DNA of 64,000 nucleotides, from contig NW_021833714.1 of assembly GCF_006345805.1 (NCBI RefSeq), positions 1 to 64,000 on the forward strand. The letters are read 5' to 3'. A model generated the notes under the pieces. It was not told the origin of the DNA. It made no database searches and worked only from the letters and a program-made list of their open reading frames with translations. The position numbers were made by a program, and so were the translations under genes. The stretch comes from Octopus sinensis. Its lineage: Eukaryota. Positions 39,490 to 52,449 of this stretch are shown piece after piece. The first letter of the stretch is position 1, and each line of letters begins with the position of its first letter.

Positions 39490-39895
39490 CTTGTTCCAGT
39501 CATTTCACTGCGGCCTTGCTGGGGCACCGCCTTGAAGAATTTTTTGTAGAATGAATCGACCCCCACCTCAGTGTCCATTTTTTTAAAGCCTGGTACTTAT
39601 TCTGTCGGACTCTTCTGTCGAACCATTACGTTAAAGGTAGGTAAACGCACTAATACCGGTTGATTGTCAAGCGGTGATGAAGGACAAACAGACACACACT
39701 CACACACACACATACACAACATATATCTATATACACACGACGGGTTTCTTTCAGTTTCCGTCTACCAAATCCACTCACAAGGATTTGGTCGGCCCGATTC
39801 TATAGTAAAAGACACTTGCCCAAGGTGCCATTCAATAAGACTGTACTCGGATTCACGTGGTTGGGAGGCAAACTTCCTACCACAGAGCCACGCCC
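39490..39895 (-). mobile_element. SINE family B
   Basis: Reverse complement of the 43960 copy. Confidence 0.8.
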
Positions 39896-41576
39896 AAAAG
39901 TTTAAAACGTCCCACGATGAAGAGAACGAGTTTTAATTTTTCATAGCATGGACGGTGACATAAGTGTGTGTTAGTAAAGCAGATACATGAACTAATATCA
40001 GTTTAGTAAAGCAGATGAAAAGAATACAGTGAACTGGGAAATCCAACGTTTTGGATGAAGTATTTTTTTCAGGGAAGTGTTGACAAGACTGAAACTAAAT
40101 GTATTCAAGCAGAGTTTACCAACCTCTATGTTAGAAAAAAATTGGTTGAAATTAGTAAAGGAGGCAAGACCACATGATCTTCGTATGTGGATAGTAAGCA
40201 GTAGGAGGGAGAAAGAATCTTGGCGAGAGAGGTAGAAGGGTAAAGGAATCGAATGTGGAGAAGAAGCGGGTTAAAGGTTAGGTGAAGAGAGGGAAAAAAC
40301 TGTGGTGAGAGGTGATTTGAAGGATAAGGAAGAGATTGCTGAATTACAAGGAGGTGTAAGTGTAGAAGGAAAAAATGCTTATTGAAAACTAGTTAGTGAG
40401 GTACGAAATTCGGATATGGAACTTTGCTCTCTCCGTTTGCGAAAAACTGCCACTTACTTATAAGTGAGTAATGGAATTGCTTGTAGTGTTGATGTGAAGA
40501 GGAGAGGTTGGCTTGGCACGTGCGGTGGTGTGCTTCGAAAGCAATGCTAAGTTTGCTGCGGTTGCCGAGCATCAGTTCTGTGGGGCAATTACATGTAAAG
40601 AGAATAGAATAGTCGAGATAGTTATGCTTGTTGATTTGGCGGGAATGGTAAAAGGCGATTGAGTACGATTTAATTGTGACGAAATTATCGACAGTGATGA
40701 AAAATGACGCGGACAGATGTGTTCGTATACGGTTCACACGCGCGCATGTCATCGTTTTCAATTGTTTCACCTTTACATGTGACTTTTACAATTAGTGCAG
40801 CAAGGATGCCATGGGCACTAATTGGGCACCAACGCAGGCAAATTTCTCAGAACAAGATATTAATGTATTGTTTTTCCTCAATTAATTGAACCCATTCCAG
40901 AGTTATATGGCTGCTTCTTCACTACTGCATCGGCTCGACATCAACAACAACAGATAGCAGTACAATACTCTCACCACATTGTCTCTTACATTTGCTTGCT
41001 TCACATTGACCTAGCTGGTGACCTTTATAATAGACTAAAGGAAAAAATGAACAGGAAAATATTTATAAACAAATCTATTGTACTAATGATTTCCGTCGTA
41101 GTAAATAACTGTTAATGATTGTTATTGCAGTGTTCCAGTTTGTCATACGGACTGTTTGCGTTATTCCGTGGTATTTTCAACGGACACACATAGTCACACA
41201 CGGGCACACATATACTCACTCACACATACTCATAACACACAAAACACACACACAACACACATATATCTATATACACATATAAATGTGTATGTGTGTATAT
41301 ATATATCTATATAGATATATCGGGTATACATATGTGTATATACATAAATATACATATACAAGTATATATAAACGCATGTGTAAAGATTGATATAAACACA
41401 CAAACACACAAACGCACATACACACACACACACATAGATATACATGTACATATATATGACGTCATATGTGTGTGCTTCACACAAAATAATCTCAAAAAAA
41501 TAAGAATGAATAAAGAAATATATATATATATACATACACATATATTTTTATATACACACACATATATATATATATG

Positions 41577-41658
<82 letters not shown>

Positions 41659-42297
41659 GTACTGACATCTACACATCTGCATGAATACGTTTATATACGC
41701 ATGTATGTATGTATGTACGCGAATGTACATATCTACATTATATATATATAATAGATACATCCACACATACATATATATATACATACACACATATACATAC
41801 ATATATACAGACATACACATACATGCATACATTCAAACATGCATACACTCACATACGTACATCTGCATGAATACGATTACATATGCATATACATATGTAT
41901 GTATGCATGTATGCATGTATGATTGTATGTATGTATGTATGTATGTATGTATGTATGTACGTACGTATGTATGTATGTATGTATGTATGTATGTATGTAT
42001 CTATGTATGTATGTATGTATTTATGCATATATGTAAGTATGTATTTATGTATGTATGTATGTAGTTATGTATGTATGTATGTATGTATGTATGTATGTAT
42101 GTGCCTGTATGTGAGTGTGAACGCATCTATATATTTGTGTGAATTCGGAAACCTCACCATGTTTATAATACAACTTAATTTCGGCTATTTTCTCTACCAT
42201 TGTAAGTGTTATTCTGTCATGCTATTCAATGGAACCACGTGTACTTCTATCACTTAACTTTATTTTTCTATACTGTATTCATGTCCACTTCCTCCCC

Positions 42298-42388
<91 letters not shown>

Positions 42389-42474
42389 ATTGTTTATCTT
42401 TCTGTATGGCTATCTGTCCATCGGGCTATTCATCTGGCTCTATCCGGTCGTCTACATGCAACCATTGTCTGCCA

Positions 42475-42521
<47 letters not shown>

Positions 42522-42576
42522 CTTCTATATATATTGTATCGTCTATTTGGATGTTTTGCGTTCTTATCCCATTTTG

Positions 42577-42626
<50 letters not shown>

Positions 42627-42653
42627 GCACACACACATATATAGAAAGATAGT

Positions 42654-42723
<70 letters not shown>

Positions 42724-42934
42724 CTGTCTCTGTTTCTCTATCTACGTATCTGTCTGTCAACTTATTTCTTTATCCATTTAGCTATCAAATCATCTATTTA
42801 TCCTTCTCTCTCTCGCTCTTTTTCTCTCTTTCCCACTCTCTCCCTTTCTCTCTCTTTCCCACTATCTCTCGCTCTTTCTCTCTCTCCCACCCTCTCTCTC
42901 ACTCTTTCTCACTTTCTCTCACTCTCGCTCTCTC

Positions 42935-42981
<47 letters not shown>

Positions 42982-43414
42982 CACCGAACATATCTATCGA
43001 TTTTTCCACGTACCCACATGCTTAAATATCTACGTATACTTTTCTCTTTTTACCTATCTATTTATTTATCTGTCTGTCTGTCTGTCTATCTCTCTGCCTA
43101 TATATTGATTTATCTATCTGGCCGCCTATTTATTTGTTAATTCAATTATCAATTATCTTCTAGTCATCTACCTATCTACCTCTCTGTGTTTACTTATCAG
43201 CATATCTATCGATTATCTATCTGCTTGTCTATTTTTAGATCTATCTATTTATCTGTCTGTATGTATGTTCATCAGATTACCTATCTATCCATCAATCTCT
43301 TTATCTATCTATCTACTTGTCTATCTATTTGTCTGTGTGCTTCTCCGCCTCTCTACCGCTATTTCTATTTCTCTCTCTCTCTCCTCTCTCTCTCTCCTCT
43401 CTCTCCTTCCCCCC

Positions 43415-43450
<36 letters not shown>

Positions 43451-43501
43451 TTATCTAATTGCCTGCCCACCTGCTAGCCGTTTCTGTCTCCCTATGTATC
43501 C

Positions 43502-43568
<67 letters not shown>

Positions 43569-43832
43569 AATGACTGTTACATGGATTTTACCTATTTCAT
43601 CAGTTCATACGGTTAAGCATTATATCCAAAGCCAGACAACCAAGCATCATATTCTGTTATATAATTCTGATAGTATTTTCATATGTCATCATTCTGTTGC
43701 ATCACATGTTGGTATTGCTATGAATCACATTCAACTTCTGACTTCAGAGCAGTTGATAAACAAACAATTTGACATGCAGTTACAATGGCAGATAGCAATG
43801 AGAATCTATCGTGCATATTCTATGATCATAAA

Positions 43833-43879
<47 letters not shown>

Positions 43880-43959
43880 TACACAAGTAGGTGTGTATAA
43901 ATATGCATATGTGTATATGTATTCCTGCTGACATCAATTTTAAAATTTATCCACAGATA

Positions 43960-44372
43960 GGCGCAGAAGTGGCTGTGTGGTAAGTAGCTTGTTTACCAAC
44001 CACGTGGTTCCGGGTTCAGTCCCACTGCGTGGCATTTTGGGCAAGTGTCATCTGCTATAGCCCCGGGCCGACCAATGCCTTGTGAGTGGATTTGGTAGGC
44101 GGAAACTGAAAGAAGCCTGTCGTATATATGTATATATATATATGTGTGTGTGTGTGTGTTTGTGTGTCTGTGTTTGTTCCCCCAGCATCGCTTGACAACC
44201 GATGCTGGTGTGTTTACGTCCCCGTCACCTAGCGGTTCGGCAAAAGAGATCGATAGAATAAGTACTGGGCTTACAAAGAATAAGTCCCGGAGTCGATTTG
44301 CTCGACTAAAGGCGGTGCTCCAGCATGGCCGCAGTCAAATGACTGAAACAAGTAAAAGAGTAAAAAAGATAG
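43960..44372 (+). mobile_element. tRNA-derived SINE, family B (full-length; CORE-like TTGGGCAAGT; CR1/L2-type tail)
   Basis: Head GGCGCAGAAGTGGCTGTGTGGTAAG...CCGGGTTCAGTCCC; tail GGCGGTGCTCCAGCATGGCCGCAG...CTGAAACAAGTAAAAG. Confidence 0.9.
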
Positions 44373-44527
44373 AGATAATATGCGCAGTAGTGACATCTGA
44401 TTTTAAATCTCAGTGTTTGAATGTTTTGCTTATAAAATTTTATGCACCATGAATCTCTGTTTTTGGCGCCAAACAAAACCACTCGCACAGTCAGAGTTTA
44501 ACGTGACAGTTATGGATTATTACCCGG

Positions 44528-44598
44528 TAGGCCACACTGACGAGGCTCAGGGTTTAAATACCCAAAAGCCGAAACTTGGTTTGTGGATATCCCTAACG
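44528..44598 (+). ncRNA. Type-I hammerhead ribozyme with fully canonical core
   Basis: CCACA-CTGACGA-GGCT ca GGGT ttaaat ACCC aa AGCC-GAAAC-ttg-GTT-TGTGG (44532-44586). Stem I extends TAGG/CCTA past a 5-nt bulge (ATATC); G10.1-C11.1 pair intact. Confidence 0.85.
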
Positions 44599-44914
44599 GC
44601 ATAATATTTATATTTGTGCTGTTAAATGTTTTAATCCTTTCTGTTTTCCTCGCAACTGTTTTTTCTCTGTTATCTTGGTGTGGTACGGTGGATAAATTTA
44701 AGACTTTAGCTCTTATTTCTAGCAGGTGGATGCTTGTTAAGCATCCTTACGCTTCGTGCAAATTTATAATTCATAGCTATTTAATGCTATTGAGCCTACG
44801 ATCCACCTATGTCAGTGCTGGTTATATTATCAAATTTTAAAATTTATATATGTGTGTGTGTGTATATATATATGTGTGTATATAATATATATATGTAATA
44901 TGTAATATATATAT

Positions 44915-44957
<43 letters not shown>

Positions 44958-44973
44958 TGTGTAGGTATGTCTT

Positions 44974-45060
44974 GGGGCATATGGCGCAGTGCTTAAGAGC
45001 ACGGCCTTCTAACCCAAAGATTCCGAATTCGATTCCAAGCAGTGACCTGAATAATAATAA
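44974..45060 (+). mobile_element. Short tRNA(Arg-TCT)-like SINE head followed by (AAT)n
   Basis: GGGGCATATGGCGCAGTGCTTAAGAGCACGGCCTTCTAACC...TTCGATTCC. Acceptor stem does not close, so not a tRNA gene. Confidence 0.6.
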
Positions 45061-45189
45061 TAATTATTATTATTATTATCATTATTTATTATTATATAAT
45101 CTGGAAAATCCTAGAAGGACTTGTCCCAAACTTTGGCATGGAGAGTTACACAAATACTAGAACTGAGCGCCACTGCGTAGTGCCAAGGA

Positions 45190-45515
45190 CTCAAAATTTG
45201 CCATCAGGATGTAGGACAAGATACTGCAATAGCCTAGTCTTCAGAGGTCCATAACCCTTCAATATCCTCCCGAAGGACCTGAGAGACCTGCATGGGTTGG
45301 ATGTAGGTCTCTTCAAACTGAAGCTGGACCTCTTCCTGTCTGGTGTCCCAAATAAACCAACTTCGCGGCAAGAAGTGCAGATGAAGGCAGCTGCATCAAA
45401 CTCTCTCATGCACCAAATGTCAATAGCTAAAAAGCATTCGTGAAGTAAAATTATGTAGCAACACCAAATGGCGGTGCCCCAGCATGGCCACAGTTCGTGA
45501 GCTGAAACTAGATGA
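45190..45515 (+). pseudogene. 3' fragment of a CR1/L2-type LINE
   Basis: Frame RTRYCNSLVFRGP*PFNILPKDLRDL...FKLKLDLFLSGVP, typical of CR1/L2 ORF2 C-termini, then a 3' UTR ending GGCGGTGCCCCAGCATGGCCACAG...CTGAAACTAG. Confidence 0.75.
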
Positions 45516-45599
45516 AATTAAAAATATTAAATAATATATATATATATATAGTAGAAATATGTTATAAAAAGAAAATATAAAATACACGTGGAAATGTAA

Positions 45600-45858
45600 G
45601 GGTAAAAGATGAAAAATCAACGAAAGTGCACATTGTAAATAAGAAAAGGCTTTTTATGAAAGGTAACGCCAAATATATACATTTAGATGTACTGAGGTAG
45701 TAAAAGAAGTCATAAAAGTCATTATTATGAGATGACTTTTATGACTTTTATTACTACCTCAGCCCGTCTAAATGTATATATTTGGCGTTACCTTTCATAA
45801 AAGCCTTTTTTTTTTTTATTTACAATGTGCATTTTCGTTGATTTTTCATATTTTACCC
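45600..45858. repeat. Foldback palindrome, ~123-bp arms, 9-nt loop
   Basis: 45600-45722 vs 45732-45858 reverse complement; loop TATTATGAG; between (TA)n tracts. Confidence 0.85.
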
Positions 45859-45871
45859 CTATATATATATA

Positions 45872-45923
<52 letters not shown>

Positions 45924-46069
45924 CATACACATATATATACATATATATATATATATACATATATAATATATATATATAATATATATTAAACATATATATA
46001 TATATATATGTATATATATGTGTATGTATCTATATATTATATCCTATATATATACACTACATATATATA

Positions 46070-46120
<51 letters not shown>

Positions 46121-46473
46121 ACATGTATATATATATACCATACAGATCTTTTAAGATCTCCTGTAATGGCCTATCTCGAGGCCATACTCCCACAGACTGA
46201 CCATTTGGTTCCTCGCTAGCATTACGATTTTCACCTCATCCTCCATTCTGTGCATTATGGCTGCCACCAGCCATGCTTCCTTAATTTCGGGGGGCACTCG
46301 GGCAATACGTTTGCCACAGTACGTCGGCAGAAGTACCCATTCCGGTGTCCTTATAGGCACAGTGGAGTGGCTTATAGCGTCTTCTTCGTTGCCAAACCTT
46401 ACTTCCACTGTTCCGTACTTCCTTCCACATGTATAAAAGTTGGTCAACCACTTCACGTTCTCGAGGCACTAAT

Positions 46474-46621
46474 CTTATTTCTTTATTGCCCACAAGGGGC
46501 TAAACATGGAAGGGACAAACAAGGACAGACAAAGGGATTTAGTCGATTACATCGACCCCAGTGCGAAACTGGTATTTAATTTATCGACCCCGAAATGATG
46601 AAAGGCAAAGTCGACCTCGGC
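46474..46621 (-). mobile_element. 5'-truncated SINE A with 15-bp TSD
   Basis: TSD TCTCGAGGCACTAAT at 46459-46473 and 46622-46636. Confidence 0.9.
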
Positions 46622-46698
46622 TCTCGAGGCACTAATTTATTGCCTCTATTGGGGCAACCTTTATCTTGTTGGAGAACGTGGACAACGTTCAGTACACC

Positions 46699-47084
46699 TC
46701 TCTCTCTTAGCACTCCGTCGGTTACGACGATGAGGGTTCCGGTTGATCCGATCAACGGAACAGCCTGCTCGTGAAATTAACGTGTAAGTGGCTGAGCACT
46801 CCACAGACACGTGTACCCTTAACGTAGTTCTCGGGGATATTCAGTTGACACAGAGAGTGACAAGGCCGGCCCTTTGAAATACAGGTACAACAGAAACAGG
46901 AAGTAAGAGTGAGAGAAAGTTGTGGTGAAATAGTACAGTAGGGATCACCACCATCCCTGCCGGAGCCTCGTGGAGCTTTAGGTGTTTTCGCTCAATAAAC
47001 ACTCACAGCGCCCGGTCTGGGAATCGAAACCGCGATCCTACGACCGCGAGTCCGCTGCCCTAACCACTGGGCCATTGCGCCTCC
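46699..47084 (-). mobile_element. SINE family C with 14-bp TSD
   Basis: TSD ACGTTCAGTACACC at 46685-46698 and 47085-47098. Near-identical to 19493-19877. Confidence 0.92.
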
Positions 47085-47341
47085 ACGTTCAGTACACCAC
47101 CGTCCTCTTTGCCACATTGCTTATCAACTCTTCCGGAGGAGTCAGCCTTAGACTGGCTCATTCCCTTTCCGACAATTTGTTCCTTCCTTCCGTTTCTTTC
47201 GCTCAATATTTATCGCGCGTAATTCAAGGGTGTTGGTATTTATACCTTGTGTTGTTGCAGATGCATAACTTGCAACAAGCTCCATCTCTCCTCTTTTCTC
47301 CACTTCTCCTATAAATGAAGAAAAAATAATTTCAAAAAAAG

Positions 47342-47781
47342 CAGGCAAAAACAGCGACGAAAATTCAACGATTTAACAAGTTAACAAATCCTGGTTCACC
47401 CACACGTGGAGACCTTCAACAAATACATAATTAACAATGTGTAACAATTCAACTCACGTTTAAAAAACCACTACCAACACCAGAAAAATAAAACGGTTCT
47501 CTCTGCCTGTTTCTTTATTAGCCACAAGGACCCAACATAGAGGGGGACAAACAAGGACAGACAGGCAAAAACAGCGACGAAAATTCAACGATTTAACAAG
47601 TTAACAAATCCTGGTTCACCCACACGGGGAGACCTTCAACAAATACATAATTAACAATGTGTAACAATTCAACTCACGTTTAAAAAACCACTACCAACAC
47701 CAGAAAAATAAAACGGCTCTCTCTGCCTGTTTCTTTATTAGCCACAAGGACCCAACATAGAAGGGGACAAACAAGGACAGA
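47342..47781. repeat. 220-bp direct tandem duplication
   Basis: 47342-47561 and 47562-47781 are almost identical; each includes a SINE-A tail fragment. Confidence 0.9.
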
Positions 47782-47954
47782 CAGGACACCACAGAAGGGA
47801 CAATACATAAAACGAATATGAATGAGATGGTTATATAACAATGAGGTTATGAATGGCTGCATGCGCCCCTCATCACATGCAGTACCATTAATCCTTTTTT
47901 TTACAGTCCATTATTACCATGTATTTATGTAACAATTAATTATGTTACATACCT

Positions 47955-48840
47955 ATTTCTTTACTACCCACAAGGGGCTAAACACAGAAGGGACAAACAA
48001 GGACAGACAAACGGATTAAGTCGATTATATCGACCCCAGTGAATAAAAGGTACTTATTTAATCGACCTCGAAAGGATGAAAGGCAAAGTCGACCTCGGCG
48101 GAATTTGAACTCAGAACATAACGGCAGACGAAATACGGCTACGCATTTCGCCCGGCGTGCTAACGTTTCTGCCAGCTCGTCGCCTTATCATGTTACATAC
48201 CGTTGCAAGTATTTGAACCTTTATATACATTATCTACAATTGTTCTTCTATTTTTCAATATTTTTTTTAAACATAACATAAAACACTTTACTCTTTTTTT
48301 TCTTTAAACGACTCTGTCTGCCGTCTCTCACCCAGACCGTTATTATTTACAGTCGTCGGTCAAGTCTATTCTCGCAGGGGTGTCGTGACAACATATATGT
48401 ACTATCATTAGCGGTATTTCGTCTGTCGGCGAGCTGGTAGAATCGTTAACACGCTGGACGGAATGCCTAGCGGTATTTCGTCTGCCGCTACGTTCTGAGT
48501 TCAAAATCCGCCGACGTCGACTGTGCCTTTCATCCTTTCGGGGTCGATTAAATAAGTACCAGTTACGCACTGGAGTCGATGTAATCGACTTAATCCGTTT
48601 GTCTGTCCTTGTTTGTCCTCTCTGTGTTTAACCCCTTGTGGGTAGTAAAGAAATAGGTATTTCGTCTGTCGTTACGTTCTGAGTTCGAATTCCGCCGAGG
48701 TTGACTTTGCCTTTCATCCTCTCGGGGTCGATAAATAAAGTACCAGTTTCGCACTGGGTCGATGTAATCGACTTAATCTCTTTGTCTGTCCTTGTTTGTC
48801 CCCTCTATGTTTAGCCCCTTGTAGGCAATAAAGAAATATA
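47955..48840. mobile_element. SINE A copies: minus copy 47955-48187 and plus-strand dimer 48405-48840
   Basis: Family A head, core and tail; dimer junction at 48655/48656. Confidence 0.85.
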
Positions 48841-49345
48841 TATGTACCATCAATGGGTGTAGACCAGCGGAAAAGGTACAATGCCGAAGCATATTCCTGG
48901 TGGCATTTTTTCGACCCAATGCGTTGTGAGTTCAATCACGCTTCCTATTATTCCAGCAAAGGTTTTGTGGGGAACCGGTTGTAAATGGTGATAGGAATGA
49001 AACATCCTTAAGCAAGAGCCGAAATTTTTCATAATTTATCTGATCACGCTGAATGCCATTACACCTGCTGACAGGAGAGAAGACAAATGAACTTGAAGGA
49101 TTGCGTTTTCAAGGAAGGAATGAGGTATATAGATATTCATACGTTCACACACACACACACACACGCACATACACACGCACACACACACACGCACACACAC
49201 ACACACACACACCACACACCCACAAATAAATGTGTGACAGTAAAGAAAGAAAGAAAGATAGAAAGAAAGAACGAAAGAAAGAAAGAAAGAAAGAAAAGGA
49301 CAGACAAGTAGATAGATTGATTGATTGATTGATTGATAGACAGAC

Positions 49346-49407
<62 letters not shown>

Positions 49408-49423
49408 GACAGACAGACAGACG

Positions 49424-49541
<118 letters not shown>

Positions 49542-50112
49542 TAGATAGATAGATTCGTAAAGCAAAAATGCTATAGACAAATACTTAGGTACACAATATT
49601 AGTATGTATGTGCGTATGTGTGTATGTGCGTCTGTGCGTGTGAGTGTGTGAGCAAGAATAAAAGAGAAAGAAAGAAACAAACAAACAAACAAACAAAGAG
49701 AGAAAGGAAAAAAGAAAGACGGAAAGAATGAAGAAAAGAAAGCGTATGCGATATGAGCATGCATTTGATGATGATGATGATGATGAAGCGACCAGAACTA
49801 AGCAGAACTGTAACGAAGTGGAAGAATATGGTAGAATCATAAAAATGGAGATTCTGTGGACTCTTTGCGCTCAGTTCAACTGGAATAGTAAAGCTGACAT
49901 TTATAGGTTCCAATGGAACTCTTGTTTCTATAAATTACTTTGTTGCTAGGCGTTGCTAACAGCCGAACTTTTTCTCACCGCACCCGCCCGCCCGCCAGCC
50001 CGCCCCTACCACTAAGCGAAAATTTTTAAATATCTCTAATAATTAATTGAATTGCTTTTTGTTCTTTTTTGCTCTTTCTTCTTCTTCTTCTTCTTATTAT
50101 TATTATTATTAA

Positions 50113-50193
<81 letters not shown>

Positions 50194-50577
50194 CAGGTTT
50201 CTAGTTTTATGGATGTTGTTGTGGATCTTATTGTTACTGTTGTGGTGGTGATGTTGTAGGTGATGGTGGTGATGGTGATGTCTGCGGTAGTGGTGTTGGT
50301 AACTAATGTGGTGTGTACATGTGTTTGGGTGATGTTTGTGTATGTACGTGTGTGTGCACGCATGTGCGCTTCTTCCATTTGTATGTGCGTACGTATAAAA
50401 ACTTATACGTGTGTATGTGTACATCAGTGTGTATGTATATATCGAAAATACATATATATATATAGAGAGAGAGAGAATATTATAACATATATAATATGTG
50501 TGTATATATATTATATATATATGGATTATATATATATATATACAATACTATACATATATAGATATATATATAGATAT

Positions 50578-50608
<31 letters not shown>

Positions 50609-51105
50609 GCATATATATATACGATATTATATATATAATCATATATGTGTGTATATATATACATATATATATATATATTATATATATACACACATATAAT
50701 ATTCTATATCTATATACAGAGAGGAGAAGGAGAGAGAGAGAAGAATGATGCAAATAAACATATAAATCTCCTTGGGATTGATATCCAGAATATATACACC
50801 TATTTACATGTAGATAAAGAAAAGGCAAAGACTAAAAGATTTTGAGTTGATTAACATTCAAGTGGTGTGTGTGTGTGTGTGCATGTATATATTAATGCAT
50901 GTTTATTTGTCTCATTGTCTCCGTATCTGCTCACTTGGATTCCCATTTTAGTCACTCTTCATCCCGTTGCCTTGATCAACGGTAAATATTTCGGTGTGTA
51001 AGCTCAAATTATCAAACATTACCAAATGCTTTCTATATAGAGATTCTTTCCATCTCATTAATTAACTATGTGTGCGTACAGATATATATATATATAAATT
51101 CAAAA

Positions 51106-51147
51106 TGGCTGACGACTAGCATGAGGCTTGAAACTCAAGAGTACAAA
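51106..51147 (+). ncRNA. Hammerhead-like motif, intact core, weak stem I
   Basis: TGG-CTGACGA-ct AGC atgag GCT t-GAAACTC aa GAGTA-CAAA. Core and stem III (ACTC/GAGT) present; stems I and II imperfect. Confidence 0.45.
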
Positions 51148-51574
51148 CGAATTGAATCGAAATGTTTTGATTCATATATTATATATATATATAATATAAA
51201 TATATATATATATATTATATATATATATAGTATATATATATATATGTATGTGTATGTATACAAATTTAGAGAATGGAGTAGAAAAATCCAAGTTACATAT
51301 TTTCCTAACAAGCAGAACCTCGTAAGTAGTAATTATACAACGAGGTGGATACTTTGGAAGTTTCAATCAAATCACCTGTCAGTTAACATGGAGGTTCTCT
51401 GACGACAAAGTAACCTTCATTTGACTAAGGTATCTTCGGCCGGATGAGTAGCTAGCGGGCTACCCCTCGTTGAGTAATTATTACTTCCAAGATTCTGCCA
51501 GCTAGGAAACATATGTAACATGGATTTTACCTATTTCGTTCTCTAAATATGAATTTTTATTCGCATACATAGGG

Positions 51575-51733
51575 TAGGAGTGAATGTGTGGTAAGTAGCT
51601 TGCTTACGAACCGCATGGTTCCGGGTTCAGTCCCTCTGCGTGGCACCTTGGGCAAGTGTCTTCTACTATAGCCTCGGGCTGACCAAAGCCTTGTGAGTGG
51701 ATTTGGTTGACAGAAACTGAAAGAAGACCGCCG

Positions 51734-51818
<85 letters not shown>

Positions 51819-52020
51819 TTGTGTCTGTATTTGTCCCCCCAACATCGCTTGACAACCGATGGTGGTGTGTTTACGTCCCCGTAACTTAGCGGTTCGGCAA
51901 AATAGACCGATAGAATAAGTACTAGGCTTACAAAGATTAAGTCCAGCGGTCGATTTGCTCGACTAAAGGCGGTGCTCCAGCATGGCCACAGTCAAATTGA
52001 CTGAAACAAGTAAAAGAGAT
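51575..52020 (+). mobile_element. SINE family B (full-length)
   Basis: Same structure as 43960-44372. Confidence 0.9.
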
Positions 52021-52449
52021 ATATACACAGCAACCCTTGTTGTTAACGGTGAACTATAAAGGAACCTTTTTCAGCTTATCGAACTTCGATATGGGAAAAA
52101 TTCCTACCTTCTACGTCAATAAACCATTATTGTTCTTGAAAGGTGTTTTTTTATACCTCTACAGGCTGATCGAAGTTTACTAACTTCTTACCTGCATCCT
52201 TGGATCTTACCTTTACACACACACTCACACTAATACACACACACACACACACGTGGAAATACGTGGCTTAGTGGTTAGGGTGTTGCACTCATGATTATAA
52301 GGTTGTGGTTTCAATTCTTGGAACAGAAACAGCGATGCGTTGAGATCTTCAGCATTCTGCTCCAGTTCAATCAGCTCCAGAATACGGGAGACGTATGACT
52401 TGAGAATGACCTTGAATCCTTTTTGATATATATATTATATATACATATA

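Larger units (their letters stand above)
46150..47330 (-). pseudogene. LINE ORF1-like relic (L1/Tx1-style RRM) split by two SINE insertions
   Basis: Removing both SINEs and one TSD copy of each restores one frame with two stops: LTPPEELISNVAKRTVVY*...KWLTNFYTCGRKYGTVEVRFGNEEDAI...WVLLPTYCGKR...VPPEIKEAWL. Confidence 0.55.

Noticed and set aside
44974-45050. tRNA-Arg gene
   Set aside because: The acceptor and T stems do not close and it runs into (AAT)n, so it is a SINE head. The same applies to the heads at 19493, 21470, 39340 and 52255.
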